64,000 nt of DNA from Lautropia sp. (GTDB taxonomy: Bacteria; Pseudomonadota; Gammaproteobacteria; Burkholderiales; Burkholderiaceae_E). The stretch spans positions 7,670 to 71,669 of the forward strand of contig JAUNLD010000005.1 in assembly GCA_030532425.1 (NCBI GenBank), in the 5' to 3' direction. Made by a program: the position numbers and the translations under genes. Below the pieces are notes generated by a model. It had not been told where the DNA came from, ran no database searches, and worked only from the letters and a program-made list of their open reading frames with translations. Shown here piece by piece: positions 19,578-29,680 of this stretch (position 1 is the first letter of the stretch; every line of letters begins with the position of its first letter).

Positions 19578-20273
19578 ATGATCCAGCCCAGCGCATTTTC
19601 GCGTCGTATCCTGTCGACAGCCGTGCTTGCCGCCACTCTGGGGCTGAGTGGCTGTTTCGGGCTTGCCGTCACCGGGGCGGCCATCGGCACGGTGGCGGTG
19701 ATGGATCGGCGCTCGATCGGGGCGCAGACCGAAGATCAGACCATCGAGCTGCGTGGCGCCCGCTCGCTGAATGAGCAGATCAACCGTGCGCCCGATGCGG
19801 CGGTTTCGGTTACCAGTTTCAACCGTCGCGTGCTGCTGACCGGGCAGGTGCCTTCGGAGGCCGTGCGCATCCAGGCCGAAGAGACCGTGCGGGCGCGTGT
19901 GCCCAACATCAAGGACATCTACAACGAGCTGGAAATCAAGCCGGTGGAGAATTTCTCGGGCGAGACCCGTGATACCACCCTGACCGCGCAGGTAAAGGCC
20001 GGCATGGTGCGCGAACGTCACCTCACGGCCAGTGCGATCAAGGTCGTGACCGAGGGCAGCGTGGTCTATCTGATGGGGGTGGTTACCCGTGAAGAAGGCC
20101 AGCGGGCAGCCATCGTGGCCTCGCAGGTGGCGGGCGTGAAGAAGGTGGTCACCCTCTTTGAATACGTGACCGACGCCGATCTGGATCGCATTCAGGGGAC
20201 GGAAAGGACCGAAGAAGACAAGCTCGAAGAAGCTCAGGATGGGGAGGAGGGGCAGGACGCGACCGTGCGCTGA
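19578..20273 (+). CDS. Dual BON-domain lipoprotein (DolP/YraP-like)
   Basis: Lipobox LSGC, DRRSIGAQTEDQTIE, FNRRVLLTGQV, IKVVTEGSVVYLMG; GGAGAG RBS; TATAAT about 60 nt upstream. Confidence 0.92.
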   Translation: MIQPSAFSRRILSTAVLAATLGLSGCFGLAVTGAAIGTVAVMDRRSIGAQTEDQTIELRGARSLNEQINRAPDAAVSVTSFNRRVLLTGQVPSEAVRIQAEETVRARVPNIKDIYNELEIKPVENFSGETRDTTLTAQVKAGMVRERHLTASAIKVVTEGSVVYLMGVVTREEGQRAAIVASQVAGVKKVVTLFEYVTDADLDRIQGTERTEEDKLEEAQDGEEGQDATVR

Positions 20274-20294
20274 GCACTGCCGGAACAGGCCCGG

Positions 20295-20336
20295 AAAAAA
20301 GGCGCTGCCGTCCACGGATGACGGGGCGCCTTTTTT
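20295..20336. terminator. Bidirectional intrinsic terminator between the BON gene and lipA
   Basis: A6-GGCGC..CCGTC-loop-GACGG..GCGCC-T6 between convergent genes. Confidence 0.8.
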
Positions 20337-20503
20337 CATGTCGCCTGCAGGGGGGCGACAGGCGGCAAGGGGCAGGCTGGCAGGCTGCGGGCAGGCAGGC
20401 GGGACGCAGGCAGCAGACGGACAGGCGGGGATCGGCAGGCAGCAGATCGACAGGAAAGCGCCGGGCAAGCAGGAAGGCAACAGATTGTCTGCTGCCTGAT
20501 GAT

Positions 20504-21652
20504 TCAGAACATGGCCTTGTGATGCCCAGTGCCGCGCACCGCTTCCTCGGCCTGGAGATCGGCGTGATAGGACGATCGCACCATGGCGCCGATGGCGGCG
20601 TGCTGAAAGCCCATCTCATAAGCCTTTTCTTCAAACATCCTGAAGGTCTCGGGCGTGACGTAACGCTCCACCGGCAGGTGGTGGCGCGAGGGCGCCAGGT
20701 ACTGGCCGATGGTGATGCGGTCGATGTCGTGGGCGCGCATGTCGCGCATCACCGCCAGGATTTCATCGTCGGTCTCGCCCAGGCCCACCATCAGGCCCGA
20801 TTTGCTGGGCACGTGCGGCACGCGCTGCTTGAAGTCGCGCAGCAGCTTCAACGAATGCTCGTACTGGGCGCCCGGCCGGGCCTGCCTGTACAGACGTGGC
20901 ACGGTTTCAAGGTTGTGGTTCATCACGTCGGGCGGTTCGGCTTCCATGATGTCCAGTGCCTTGTCCAGGCGGCCGCGGAAATCGGGCACCAGTACCTCGA
21001 TCTGGGTATGGGGCGACAGGGCACGGGTCTCGCGGATGCAGTCGGCATAGTGGCCGGCACCGCCATCGCGCAGATCGTCGCGGTCCACCGAGGTGATGAC
21101 GACATATTTCAGGCGCAGTGCCGCAATGGTCTTGGCCAGATTGTGCGGCTCGTCCACATCCAGCGGATCGGGGCGGCCGTGTCCGACGTCGCAGAAGGGG
21201 CAGCGGCGGGTGCATTTGTCCCCCATGATCATGAACGTGGCAGTCCCCTTGCCGAAGCACTCGCCAATATTGGGGCACGAGGCTTCCTCGCAGACCGTGT
21301 GCAGCTTGTGCTCCCGCAGGATTTCCTTGATCTCGTAATACCGGCTGCCCAGCTGCGGGGGCTGCATGCGGATCCACTCGGGCTTGCGCTTCAGTTCCTT
21401 GATCGGAATGATCTTGATGGGAATGCGCGCCGTCTTGGCTTCACCCTTCTGTTTCTGGCGGGCGTCGGTGATCTCGCTGGCAGCCGACACCGTGGTGCGG
21501 CCGGGAGCCATCGGTCGGGTCGGTACGGCATCGGGCCGGGTGGTGAGCGGGGCAGCGGGGCGGGGCGTGGCCCGTGCGCTGGCTGCTGCAACGGATTCGG
21601 CCGCCAGCGGGGGCTGGCCGGCGCTCTGAACGGGGCGGTTGCTCGTTTCCAT
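20504..21652 (-). CDS. lipA: Lipoyl synthase
   Basis: [12 protein letters not shown] and CTRRCPFC cysteine motifs; C-terminal RSSYHA. Confidence 0.97.
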   Translation of the reverse strand: METSNRPVQSAGQPPLAAESVAAASARATPRPAAPLTTRPDAVPTRPMAPGRTTVSAASEITDARQKQKGEAKTARIPIKIIPIKELKRKPEWIRMQPPQLGSRYYEIKEILREHKLHTVCEEASCPNIGECFGKGTATFMIMGDKCTRRCPFCDVGHGRPDPLDVDEPHNLAKTIAALRLKYVVITSVDRDDLRDGGAGHYADCIRETRALSPHTQIEVLVPDFRGRLDKALDIMEAEPPDVMNHNLETVPRLYRQARPGAQYEHSLKLLRDFKQRVPHVPSKSGLMVGLGETDDEILAVMRDMRAHDIDRITIGQYLAPSRHHLPVERYVTPETFRMFEEKAYEMGFQHAAIGAMVRSSYHADLQAEEAVRGTGHHKAMF

Positions 21653-21659
21653 CGGCGGA

Positions 21660-22565
21660 TTATCGCTCAAGAGTCGCGCGCAGGGCGTGTCCCAGTCGCC
21701 AGGCCAGCTCGTCCAGGTCGACATTGCCCTGGTCCGCCTGTTCGTGGCGGATGTCGGTCATCTGCAGCTGGCTGAAGCCGCAGGGGTTGATGCGGGCAAA
21801 GGGGGCCAGATCCATCTGCGCGTTGAGGGCCAGGCCGTGATAGGAAAAGCCGTTGCTGGTCTTGATGCCGATCGACGCAATCTTGGCGACGTCGGCTGCC
21901 GGGCGGTGGGCGACACGAGCCCCTTTGGGTGAGGGCGCTGGTGCCGGCGTGTCGTGGACGGGGCGCACGGGTCTGGCCAGCACACGCGGGTGCACGTAGA
22001 TGCCGGGCGCACCTTCCTGGCGCAGCGCCCGGATGCCATAGTGGCCCAGACAGTCGATCAGGGCCTCCTCGATGGCCTCGACCAGCCGGCGGATGCCCAG
22101 CTTGCGGGGGCGCAGCTCCAGCATCAGATAGGCCATCAGCTGGCCTGGACCGTGATAAGTGACCTGCCCGCCGCGTTCGGTGGGCACCACCGGGATGTCG
22201 CCCGGCGCCAGCAGATGCTCGGGCTGGCTGTTCATGCCCAGGGTGAACACGGGCGGATGCTGCATCAGCCAGATCTCGTCCCCGGCGCTGGCGGCCTCGT
22301 CCAGCATCGGCCAGCGGCGGCTGATGGCGGCCGGGCTGGACGCATGGGCGCTATCTGCGGGTGCCCGGACCGGTGGTGCCTGAACCGGTGCATTGCCCTG
22401 AACAGGATCGCCCTGCAGCGAAATCCCCTGGCCCTGAACAGGATGGCCCGCCCCCTTGCGCGCCGCGTGGCGTGCTGCCGTCCAGCTGCGCATCAGCGTC
22501 AGCGCCTCAAGGTAGGGCACGGTGCCCAGCAGACGCAGCCGGATCGGTGGGGGGGCCATCGTCAT
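21660..22565 (-). CDS. lipB: Octanoyltransferase
   Basis: [45 protein letters not shown]. Contains two low-complexity insertions. Confidence 0.95.
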   Translation of the reverse strand: MTMAPPPIRLRLLGTVPYLEALTLMRSWTAARHAARKGAGHPVQGQGISLQGDPVQGNAPVQAPPVRAPADSAHASSPAAISRRWPMLDEAASAGDEIWLMQHPPVFTLGMNSQPEHLLAPGDIPVVPTERGGQVTYHGPGQLMAYLMLELRPRKLGIRRLVEAIEEALIDCLGHYGIRALRQEGAPGIYVHPRVLARPVRPVHDTPAPAPSPKGARVAHRPAADVAKIASIGIKTSNGFSYHGLALNAQMDLAPFARINPCGFSQLQMTDIRHEQADQGNVDLDELAWRLGHALRATLER

Positions 22566-22575
22566 CAGCCGGGCG

Positions 22576-22872
22576 TCAGAGCACCACCGACACTTTCGGG
22601 TGGCCTGACAGCTCGCGGTACAGCGCATCGAGCTGCTCGCGTGACTGCGCACTGAAGGTGGCCGTCATCGACAGATAGGTGTCATCGCGCGACAGCCGCT
22701 TCTCGATCCGGGCCGGATCGAAATCGGGGGCATGACGCTTGATGATCTCGGAGACGGTTTCGAGGAAGCCCGGATCATTGCGCCCCATTACCTTGAGCGG
22801 AAACTCCATCGGGAACTGCATCACGTCGGGGTTGCCGGCGGGCATCTTTGGGGAGGCGGTATTGTCGTGCAT
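22576..22872 (-). CDS. ybeD: YbeD / DUF493 family protein
   Basis: FPMEFPLKVMG...YLSMT...QLDALYRELSGHPKVSVVL; usual position upstream of lipB. Confidence 0.93.
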   Translation of the reverse strand: MHDNTASPKMPAGNPDVMQFPMEFPLKVMGRNDPGFLETVSEIIKRHAPDFDPARIEKRLSRDDTYLSMTATFSAQSREQLDALYRELSGHPKVSVVL

Positions 22873-22874
22873 GG

Positions 22875-23726
22875 CTAGCTCCGGTTCTTTTCGGCCTGAT
22901 AGGCCTGGAACAATTGCTTGAAGATGGGGCCGGGCTGGCCTTTTCCAACGGGTTGCCCGTCCAGCCGGGTGATCGGCTGCACTTCCTTGGTGGCGGAGCT
23001 CAGCAGCAGCTCGTCGGCGGCAAGCACCTCGGCCCGTTCGATGGGGCGGATGTCGACCGGAATGCCGCAGGCCTCGGCCAGTGTCAGCAGCACCTCGTAG
23101 CGGATGCCTTCGAGGATCAGATGGTTGCGCGGCGGTGCCAGCAGCGTGCCATCCTTCACCACCCAGATGTTGGCGGCGGCACCTTCGGTGAGCTTGCCGT
23201 CACGGAAGAGCACGGCTTCGGCCGTCCCGGCATCGACGGCCGACTGCCGGGCCAGCAGGTTGCCCAGCAGCGAGATCGATTTGATGTCGCAATGCAGCCA
23301 GCGCTCGTCAGGCAGGCTGATGGCCGACAGGCCCTGGCCGATGTCGTCCAGCGTGGGCGGCGTGAACGGGTTCGTCATGGCAAACACCGTCGGGGAGATG
23401 CCGGCCGGGAAGGCGTGGTCGCGCCGGGCGACGCCGCGGGTGACGTGCAGGTAGACGACCTGATGGGGCCACTGGGGATGGCGCGCCAGCAGCTCGTCGA
23501 TCAGTGCACGCCAGCCGGCATCGTCCAGCGGATTGCTGATGCGGATGGCGGCCAGGTTGCGGCTCAGGCGGGCCAGGTGCTCGGTGAGGCGGAAGGGGCG
23601 GCCGTCGTAGACGGGGGTGACGTCGTAGACGCCGTCACCAAAGATGAAGCCGCGGTCCAGAACCGGAACGCGCGCCTCGGACAGCGGCACGAAGTCGCCG
23701 TTGAGGTAGACGATGGGGTCGTGCAA
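22875..23726 (-). CDS. dat: D-amino acid aminotransferase (class IV PLP)
   Basis: VYLNGDF, VLDRGFIFGDGVY, CDIKSISLLGN, EGAAAN, ILEGI. TTG start with AGGAG RBS 6 nt upstream. Confidence 0.9.
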   Translation of the reverse strand: MHDPIVYLNGDFVPLSEARVPVLDRGFIFGDGVYDVTPVYDGRPFRLTEHLARLSRNLAAIRISNPLDDAGWRALIDELLARHPQWPHQVVYLHVTRGVARRDHAFPAGISPTVFAMTNPFTPPTLDDIGQGLSAISLPDERWLHCDIKSISLLGNLLARQSAVDAGTAEAVLFRDGKLTEGAAANIWVVKDGTLLAPPRNHLILEGIRYEVLLTLAEACGIPVDIRPIERAEVLAADELLLSSATKEVQPITRLDGQPVGKGQPGPIFKQLFQAYQAEKNRS

Positions 23727-23769
23727 GAGAGGCTCCTGTCGGGGGGCTGACCGACCGGGGCCAGCCACA

Positions 23770-24966
23770 TCACTTGATCCAGAGCCGGATGGTATCCCAG
23801 GTCTGCTTGAACCAGCCGGCCGGTTCCACCGTTTCCAGTGCCACCAGCGGACGCTCGGCGATGACCGTTTCGCCCAGCCGGATGCGCAGCGTGCCAATGC
23901 GCTGGCCGGCCTGGATCGGTGCGATCAGTGGCTCGGTGCGCTCGATCTCGCCCTTGATCTCATTGATCTTGGTGCGCGGGGCCGTCACCAGCACATCATC
24001 AGTGAAGCCAGCACTCACTTCCGGTTTCTGGCCCTTCCAGACGGGGCTGGACGAGACGGGTTTGTCCTTCTGGAACAGCGTCAGGGCCTCGAAATTCTGA
24101 AAGCCGTAGTTCAGCAGCTTCTGCGACTCGGTGGCCCGGGCGGCATCCGAGCTGGCCCCCAGCAGCACCGACAGCACGCGGCGGGAAAAGGTGCCGCCGC
24201 GCTGGCTGCGCTGCGAGGAGGCGATCAGGCAGTAGCCTGCAGCATCGGTATGGCCGGTTTTTACGCCGTCCACGCTCGGGTCGATGAACAGCAGCCGGTT
24301 GCGGTTGGCCTGACGCACGCCATTGAAGGTGTATTCCTTTTGCGAGTACAGGCGGTAGAAATCCGGGAAGTCCTTGATGAGGCGCATCGACAGCAGTGCC
24401 AGATCGCGTGCCGTCGAGTAGTGGTCGGGCGCGGGCAGCCCGGAAGCATTGACGAAATGGGTGTTCTTCATGCCCATGCGGCGGGCTTCCTCGTTCATCC
24501 GCTCGGCAAAGGCCTCTTCGCTGCCGGCCACGGCCTCGGCCAGGATGATGGCGGCATCGTTGCCCGACTGGATGATGAGGCCGTGCAGCAGCTCGTCGAC
24601 GCTGGCAGGCACCCGTGGGTCGACGAACATCCGCGAGCCGATCGATTTGTAGGCCCGCTGTGAGACCGGCGGGCGCTGCTCCAGGGTCAGCGTCTTGTCG
24701 CGCAGCGCGCTGAAGCTCAGATAGGCGGTCATCAGCTTGGTGAGCGAGGCCGGCTCCACCCGCTCGTCCGGCATCTGGCTGTAGAGCACGGTGTTGGTGG
24801 TCACGTCGATGAGGAACCACGAGCGCGCGGCGATGTCGGGGGCCGGCAGTGCCGTCTGGGCCTGGGTCAGGGGGGCGGCCAGCGCACTGGCCAGCAGCAG
24901 GGCGCTCAGGCCGTGCCGGAAGAATCGTGTCGGGGCCATCGGACGGGAGGAGAGAAGCGCGGGCAT
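23770..24966 (-). CDS. dacA: D-alanyl-D-alanine carboxypeptidase (PBP5/6)
   Basis: PASLTKLM (SxxK), SGN, KTG motifs. Start ATG 24966 or 24939; the dacA versus dacC label is nominal. Confidence 0.93.
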   Translation of the reverse strand: MPALLSSRPMAPTRFFRHGLSALLLASALAAPLTQAQTALPAPDIAARSWFLIDVTTNTVLYSQMPDERVEPASLTKLMTAYLSFSALRDKTLTLEQRPPVSQRAYKSIGSRMFVDPRVPASVDELLHGLIIQSGNDAAIILAEAVAGSEEAFAERMNEEARRMGMKNTHFVNASGLPAPDHYSTARDLALLSMRLIKDFPDFYRLYSQKEYTFNGVRQANRNRLLFIDPSVDGVKTGHTDAAGYCLIASSQRSQRGGTFSRRVLSVLLGASSDAARATESQKLLNYGFQNFEALTLFQKDKPVSSSPVWKGQKPEVSAGFTDDVLVTAPRTKINEIKGEIERTEPLIAPIQAGQRIGTLRIRLGETVIAERPLVALETVEPAGWFKQTWDTIRLWIK

Positions 24967-25245
24967 ATCGTCAGGGAAAAACGGTACCCGCATCGGCCGG
25001 GCGGGCCGGGTCGGGCAGGTGGGCTCGATCGTGGGCAAGCGGATCAGGGGTGGGCCGAGGCGTGCGGCCAGGGTGGCGGGCAGCCCATCGGAGGACGGCG
25101 TGCAGGGCGGGCCGTGGCAGGACCACTGCGCCGGGGCGGGCGCGATTATGCCATCCGCCCGTCCCGGCCCTGCTCACCGCGGTCGGGGGAAGCGGCAGGC
25201 CGGAGCAAAGTGTCGCCATCAGCCGACAGTTCCTGCATGCAGGGC

Positions 25246-25863
25246 TTACAGGGGGCCAAGGCAGCGTACCTTGGTGGCAATCCGGCCGGCGGCAGCCGCG
25301 TTCTTGCGCACGCCGACGATGTCGATGAGCTCCCGCAGCACATTGCGCAGCACCTGCATGTTGACGCAATCCTGTACCCGCGCCTCCAGGACCGAGGCAT
25401 CCGGCCCCAGCTCGGCCTCGAAGGCCCCGGCCAGCGTGCGCTTGATGGCCTGCAACTTCAGTTCGGTCTGCGGGTCGACATATTCACCCTCCTGCCGGGC
25501 GATGCCGGTCAGGGCGATCATGTCGCGCGAGATCAGTTCCTTCAGTGCACCGGGCAGATCGGCCGGGCGGACGATGGCCGGCATCTCGCCCAGCGAGCGG
25601 CGGCCGTCCAGCAGGGCCAGCAGCCGGCGGGCCGGCGTCGACATGAAGCGCTTGGGGTGCTTGAGCGTCTGCATGCCCGTTTCCGTCAGCGAGAACACCA
25701 TGCGCGGATTGGGCTGATCCCGTCCGTCGCCCAGTGCCAGGTGGATGGCACGCAGCCGTGCAGACGGAATCCGCGAAGCCGTCCACGAACGGGGCGGCTC
25801 CCAGCTGTCGGGGTCCGTGTGCTGGACCGGGGCGAGTTTGGCGATTTTCGGCGCGGTCATCAT
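25246..25863 (-). CDS. Uncharacterised protein, putative winged-helix plus helical C-terminal domain (paralogue A)
   Basis: GC-rich third positions and clear similarity to the adjacent ORF 26214-26786 (F.xT.xG...S...RLL.L...LP.AL.EL). Confidence 0.75.
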   Translation of the reverse strand: MMTAPKIAKLAPVQHTDPDSWEPPRSWTASRIPSARLRAIHLALGDGRDQPNPRMVFSLTETGMQTLKHPKRFMSTPARRLLALLDGRRSLGEMPAIVRPADLPGALKELISRDMIALTGIARQEGEYVDPQTELKLQAIKRTLAGAFEAELGPDASVLEARVQDCVNMQVLRNVLRELIDIVGVRKNAAAAGRIATKVRCLGPL

Positions 25864-26213
25864 CGGTGCGCCGGCCTGCAGGGGCCGGCCAGGTGAACAG
25901 GGTTGCAGGGTTGGCAGAAAGGGATGCCGTTTGAAACAAAAGCAGCCCAAGTTTTAATTGCTGTTGTAATTGTAATGATAGCCTGCCACCGGCCCGTCTG
26001 AAACTGTGGGTACCCCGTATTCGGTACGTATGGCAGGCCGGATGGCGCGCGGGTCTGGCACCCTCCCCGCTTCAGCCGGGCGGTGGCGCACTTCTCCGTG
26101 GTGCCCCCGCTGCGGGATGGCCGAGGCGCAGCCCGGGGAAGGGGTGACGGGCTGGCTGCGGCTGCCCTGCTGTGCAGACAGGTCCGCGCGCAGACAGCCC
26201 CGCGCTCAAAGGC

Positions 26214-26786
26214 TCAAACGGCAGAGGCCTGAACGGCGGAGGCCGTCACCGGGGCGGCGACGGCGCCGGAACCGGGGGGCAGCAGCTCGGCAAAGGCCGG
26301 CGTCAGCTGCTGCAATTCGGCTTCACTCTGACAGGCTTCGATGCGGTCGATCATCAGCGTGCTGATGCGACCGATCTGCTGCAGGAACAGGATCCGGGCC
26401 TGCGCACGCTGGCGGGCCAGGCGCACTGCCGCCTCACGCTCGGGGCTGGGGGGGCGGGGACTGGCCAGCGGGCGGCCGCGCGCGGTCTCGCCCGGCACGC
26501 GGCTGCCTTGCGGGCCCATGTCGATGCGGCGCACCAGCTTGCGGCGCTCCAGTTCGATCAGGGCCTCGGGCAGCCAGGGTTCGTCGATCATCTGGCGCAG
26601 TCCAGCGATGGTCTGCGGCTCTTCAAACAGCATCAGCAGCCGGACCGCCTGCGGTGACAGGGCCATCGAGCGTTCCTGCAGCTGGGCCTGGCCGGCGGGC
26701 GTGCGTTCAAAGCCCAGCACCGGAGTGGCGGGTTGCGGGGCGACCTGGGGGGCCGCAGGGCGATCAAGCAGCGTGGTATCAGACAT
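26214..26786 (-). CDS. Uncharacterised protein, putative winged-helix plus helical C-terminal domain (paralogue B)
   Basis: ATG overlaps the stop of the alpha/beta hydrolase; homologous to 25246-25863. Confidence 0.75.
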   Translation of the reverse strand: MSDTTLLDRPAAPQVAPQPATPVLGFERTPAGQAQLQERSMALSPQAVRLLMLFEEPQTIAGLRQMIDEPWLPEALIELERRKLVRRIDMGPQGSRVPGETARGRPLASPRPPSPEREAAVRLARQRAQARILFLQQIGRISTLMIDRIEACQSEAELQQLTPAFAELLPPGSGAVAAPVTASAVQASAV

Positions 26787-27426
26787 GGGTACCTGCCATG
26801 TGGCGCAATATGAGGGTTTTGAGGTCGGGCAGCCGGCCGTGGAAGAAATGGCTGGCACCGGGCATGACAACCAGGGGAAGGTTCTGCGGGCGTGCCCAGT
26901 CGAACACGTCCTGAAGCGCCACCACCTCGTCTTCTTCACCGTGGACCACCAGCGTGTCCGCGGGGACAGCCTGCACATCGAAGCGCTTGACGGCCGGGCC
27001 GACCAGCACCATCGGCTGGCGGCTGACCGGGTAGGCATCCAGGCGCTGAAGCAGGCGTGATTGCACGAAGGTGCCGAAGGAGAAGCCCGCCAGCACCAGC
27101 GGCACCGGACGGGGCAGGGCAGCAGCGCTGTCGTGCGCCAGCGCAAAACGCAGCACGGCTTCCAGGTCGTCGGTTTCACCGAGGCCATGATCGAATGTTC
27201 CCGCGCTCTCGCCCACACCCCGGAAGTTGGGACGCCAGCAGACCGCACCGATCTGCAGCAGGGCCCGGGCAATGGTCTGGGCCACCTTGTTGTTCATCGT
27301 GCCGCCGTGCAGCGGATGCGGATGGGCAACCAGGGCCAGCAGACGCGGCGCAGCCGGCACATCGAGTGCACATGAGATGGCGCCAGCGGGACCGGGAATG
27401 GACAGGATGCGGGTGGACGGGTTCAT
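26779..27426 (-). CDS. Alpha/beta hydrolase
   Basis: HPHPLHGGTMNNKV, NFRGVGES, GFSFG nucleophile elbow, HGEEDEVV, SHFFHG. Confidence 0.92.
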   Translation of the reverse strand: MNPSTRILSIPGPAGAISCALDVPAAPRLLALVAHPHPLHGGTMNNKVAQTIARALLQIGAVCWRPNFRGVGESAGTFDHGLGETDDLEAVLRFALAHDSAAALPRPVPLVLAGFSFGTFVQSRLLQRLDAYPVSRQPMVLVGPAVKRFDVQAVPADTLVVHGEEDEVVALQDVFDWARPQNLPLVVMPGASHFFHGRLPDLKTLILRHMAGTHV

Positions 27427-27584
27427 GGCAGACAAGTTCCTGAAAGAGGTGGACAGGTCTATCGTAGTCCACCGCTTTCGTGACAGCAGCCCGCAGGCGG
27501 GATGCTGGTGCACCAGCCGGGCGTCGGCCGTGCCCGCTCAGGGGCGCCGGCCCGCCACGTGCTGGCGTGAAAACATTGTCTGGT

Positions 27585-28742
27585 TCAGGGGCCGGAGCGG
27601 GCTTCGCTGGCCGCCGACCGGGGCTGTCTGGCCGATGAGTTGGGCGTTTCTATCGCAAAAAAATACAGCAGGGCCACGGGCCAGGACGCGGCCAGTGCCC
27701 GCAGCAGGCTACGAAACCCGGGCGTCGACCAGCGCATCAGCAGCGTGGGTGTGCGGCGCACCGTTGCCTCGAACTCGGGGCTGGCCGGTACGAGCAGCGC
27801 CAGCGCCAGCGTGGCCAGCGCCAGGGCGATGGCCGCCCAGCGTTGCGTTGCACGCGAGGCCCGCAGCAGCCCATGCAGCACCACCACGCCGGCCAGCAGG
27901 CCGGCCACGGGCAGACCCTGCAACCAGCGCGTCGGTTCATCACCATAGACCCGCAGCGATGAGCTGATGCGCAGCGCCACGGCCAGTGCCAGCAACAGCA
28001 GCAACAGGCTCAGCTGCCGGCCACGCCGGGGTGTGATGCGGGTCAGCAGCAGCCCCAGCATCAGCACGGCACTCATGGCAAGAAAGTGAGTGATTACTGT
28101 CAGCCAGGGCCCTGACAGCTGCCACACCGTCAGCGCCGACGGCAGCAGATGATCGCCGGGCCAGGGCAGCAGCGGGCCGTTGACCACCAGCAGCTGCTGG
28201 GGGGCAAGCTGGGCCACGCCCCAGATCAGCAGCACCAGCAGGGCCAGCCATCGATGTGAGCGCTCGCTTTCGATATCGGCGTTGAAGGTGGGGCTGGGCA
28301 GGTGGTGGCGCAGCAACCAGCGGCCGGCCGAGATGGCGGCCGCCAGCAGCGCACCCAGCAGGCCGCCACCGGCATTGGCCCACAGATCCAGCAGCGACGG
28401 CACCCGCCGGGGCAGGCAGGATTGCAGCGTTTCCATGCCGAAGGAGAGCAGTGCGCCGGCCGCCGTCACGATCAGCAGTACCCAGCCCAGGGGCAGCCGC
28501 CCCTGCAGCAGCCGCACGCTCAGATAGCCAAAGCCGGCATAGGCCAGCACGTTCACCAGCAGGTCACCGGCCGAGTAATAACGGGGGATGCCTGCCCACA
28601 GCCAGCTGAGCATGCCCGGCCGATGCAGCGCCCAGCCCGTGAACGGGTACAGCGACAGGTACAGGATGGCCAGCAGGGTCAGCACCCAGAGCTGGCGCTG
28701 GGTACGGTTGCTGCGACTGGTCAGGGCAGATTCGGGCGGCAT
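27585..28742 (-). CDS. VanZ-family multi-pass membrane protein
   Basis: YLSLYPF, DLLVNVLAY, ETLQSCLPRRVPSLLDLWAN (VanZ signature), then many TM segments. Confidence 0.85.
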   Translation of the reverse strand: MPPESALTSRSNRTQRQLWVLTLLAILYLSLYPFTGWALHRPGMLSWLWAGIPRYYSAGDLLVNVLAYAGFGYLSVRLLQGRLPLGWVLLIVTAAGALLSFGMETLQSCLPRRVPSLLDLWANAGGGLLGALLAAAISAGRWLLRHHLPSPTFNADIESERSHRWLALLVLLIWGVAQLAPQQLLVVNGPLLPWPGDHLLPSALTVWQLSGPWLTVITHFLAMSAVLMLGLLLTRITPRRGRQLSLLLLLLALAVALRISSSLRVYGDEPTRWLQGLPVAGLLAGVVVLHGLLRASRATQRWAAIALALATLALALLVPASPEFEATVRRTPTLLMRWSTPGFRSLLRALAASWPVALLYFFAIETPNSSARQPRSAASEARSGP

Positions 28743-28840
28743 GGGACATACGTTATAACATGCAGCCGGTCTTGCCCATGCGGGTGGTCTGCCGGACCAC
28801 CTGCATGGGCAGTGCAGCGCCTGTCCCATGGGTTCAACGC

Positions 28841-29671
28841 ATGTCCATCGAGCATTTTCCGCCGCCCCGGGGCGAACGCATCGGTAGCCTCTGGGTCGAG
28901 CACATCGACCGCATCGATTCCACCAACCACGAGCTGATGCGTCGGCCACGCCTGTGGCCAGAGGAGGCCGAGGCCCGGCACCCGCCCCCTGAGGGCGTCT
29001 GGCTGGTGGCGGCCGAACAGACGGCGGGCCGCGGGCGGCGCGGCAAGCAGTGGCTGGCCCGGCCGGGCGACACGATGACGGCCTCCTTCGCCTGCGAGCT
29101 GCCGCCAGGCAGCTTTCGGCACCTGACGGCGATGCCGCTGGTGGCTGGTATCGTCATTGCCGAATATCTGGCCAGCCAGGGCGTGGCGCTGGGCGTGAAG
29201 TGGCCCAACGATCTCTGTCGCCGGCTGGCCGATCCGCGGCGTCCCTACGCCAAGGTGGGCGGCATCCTCTGTGAAGTGCGCAGCCGTGGCGAGGGCGGGC
29301 GGCTGGTGATCGGCTGCGGTCTGAACCTGCGCGCCATCCCTGCCGGTCTGGTCAGTGACCAGCCAGTGGCAGCCGTTTTCGACGCCTTCAGCCAGGTCGA
29401 CATCGACCAGCTGGTGACGGGCATCGGTCAGGCCTTGCTGGAAGGCAGCCAGCAACTGCTGCGCGAGGGCTTTGTTGCCTTTGCAGCCCGCTGGCAGCCG
29501 CTGGACGTGCTGGGGGGGCGCGAGATCCGTGTCCATCTGGCCAGCGGACCACGTGACGGCGTGGCGGTGGGGCTGGACGGGCAGGGCTGTCTGCTGGTGC
29601 GCTACGACGACGCCCCCGATCGGGTCGAGGCCTTGCTGGCCGAAGACCTGAGCGTGCGCCCGCGCACCTGA
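28841..29671 (+). CDS. birA: Biotin--[acetyl-CoA-carboxylase] ligase (no N-terminal HTH)
   Basis: IDSTN, AEQTAGRGRRGKQW, KWPND, KVGGILCE. Confidence 0.95.
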   Translation: MSIEHFPPPRGERIGSLWVEHIDRIDSTNHELMRRPRLWPEEAEARHPPPEGVWLVAAEQTAGRGRRGKQWLARPGDTMTASFACELPPGSFRHLTAMPLVAGIVIAEYLASQGVALGVKWPNDLCRRLADPRRPYAKVGGILCEVRSRGEGGRLVIGCGLNLRAIPAGLVSDQPVAAVFDAFSQVDIDQLVTGIGQALLEGSQQLLREGFVAFAARWQPLDVLGGREIRVHLASGPRDGVAVGLDGQGCLLVRYDDAPDRVEALLAEDLSVRPRT

Positions 29672-29680
29672 GCGGGCATT

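Noticed and set aside
26787-27272. N-terminal 162 aa of the supplied 352-aa ORF 26214-27272
   Set aside because: It overlaps the alpha/beta hydrolase in another frame; the real gene most likely starts at ATG 26786.
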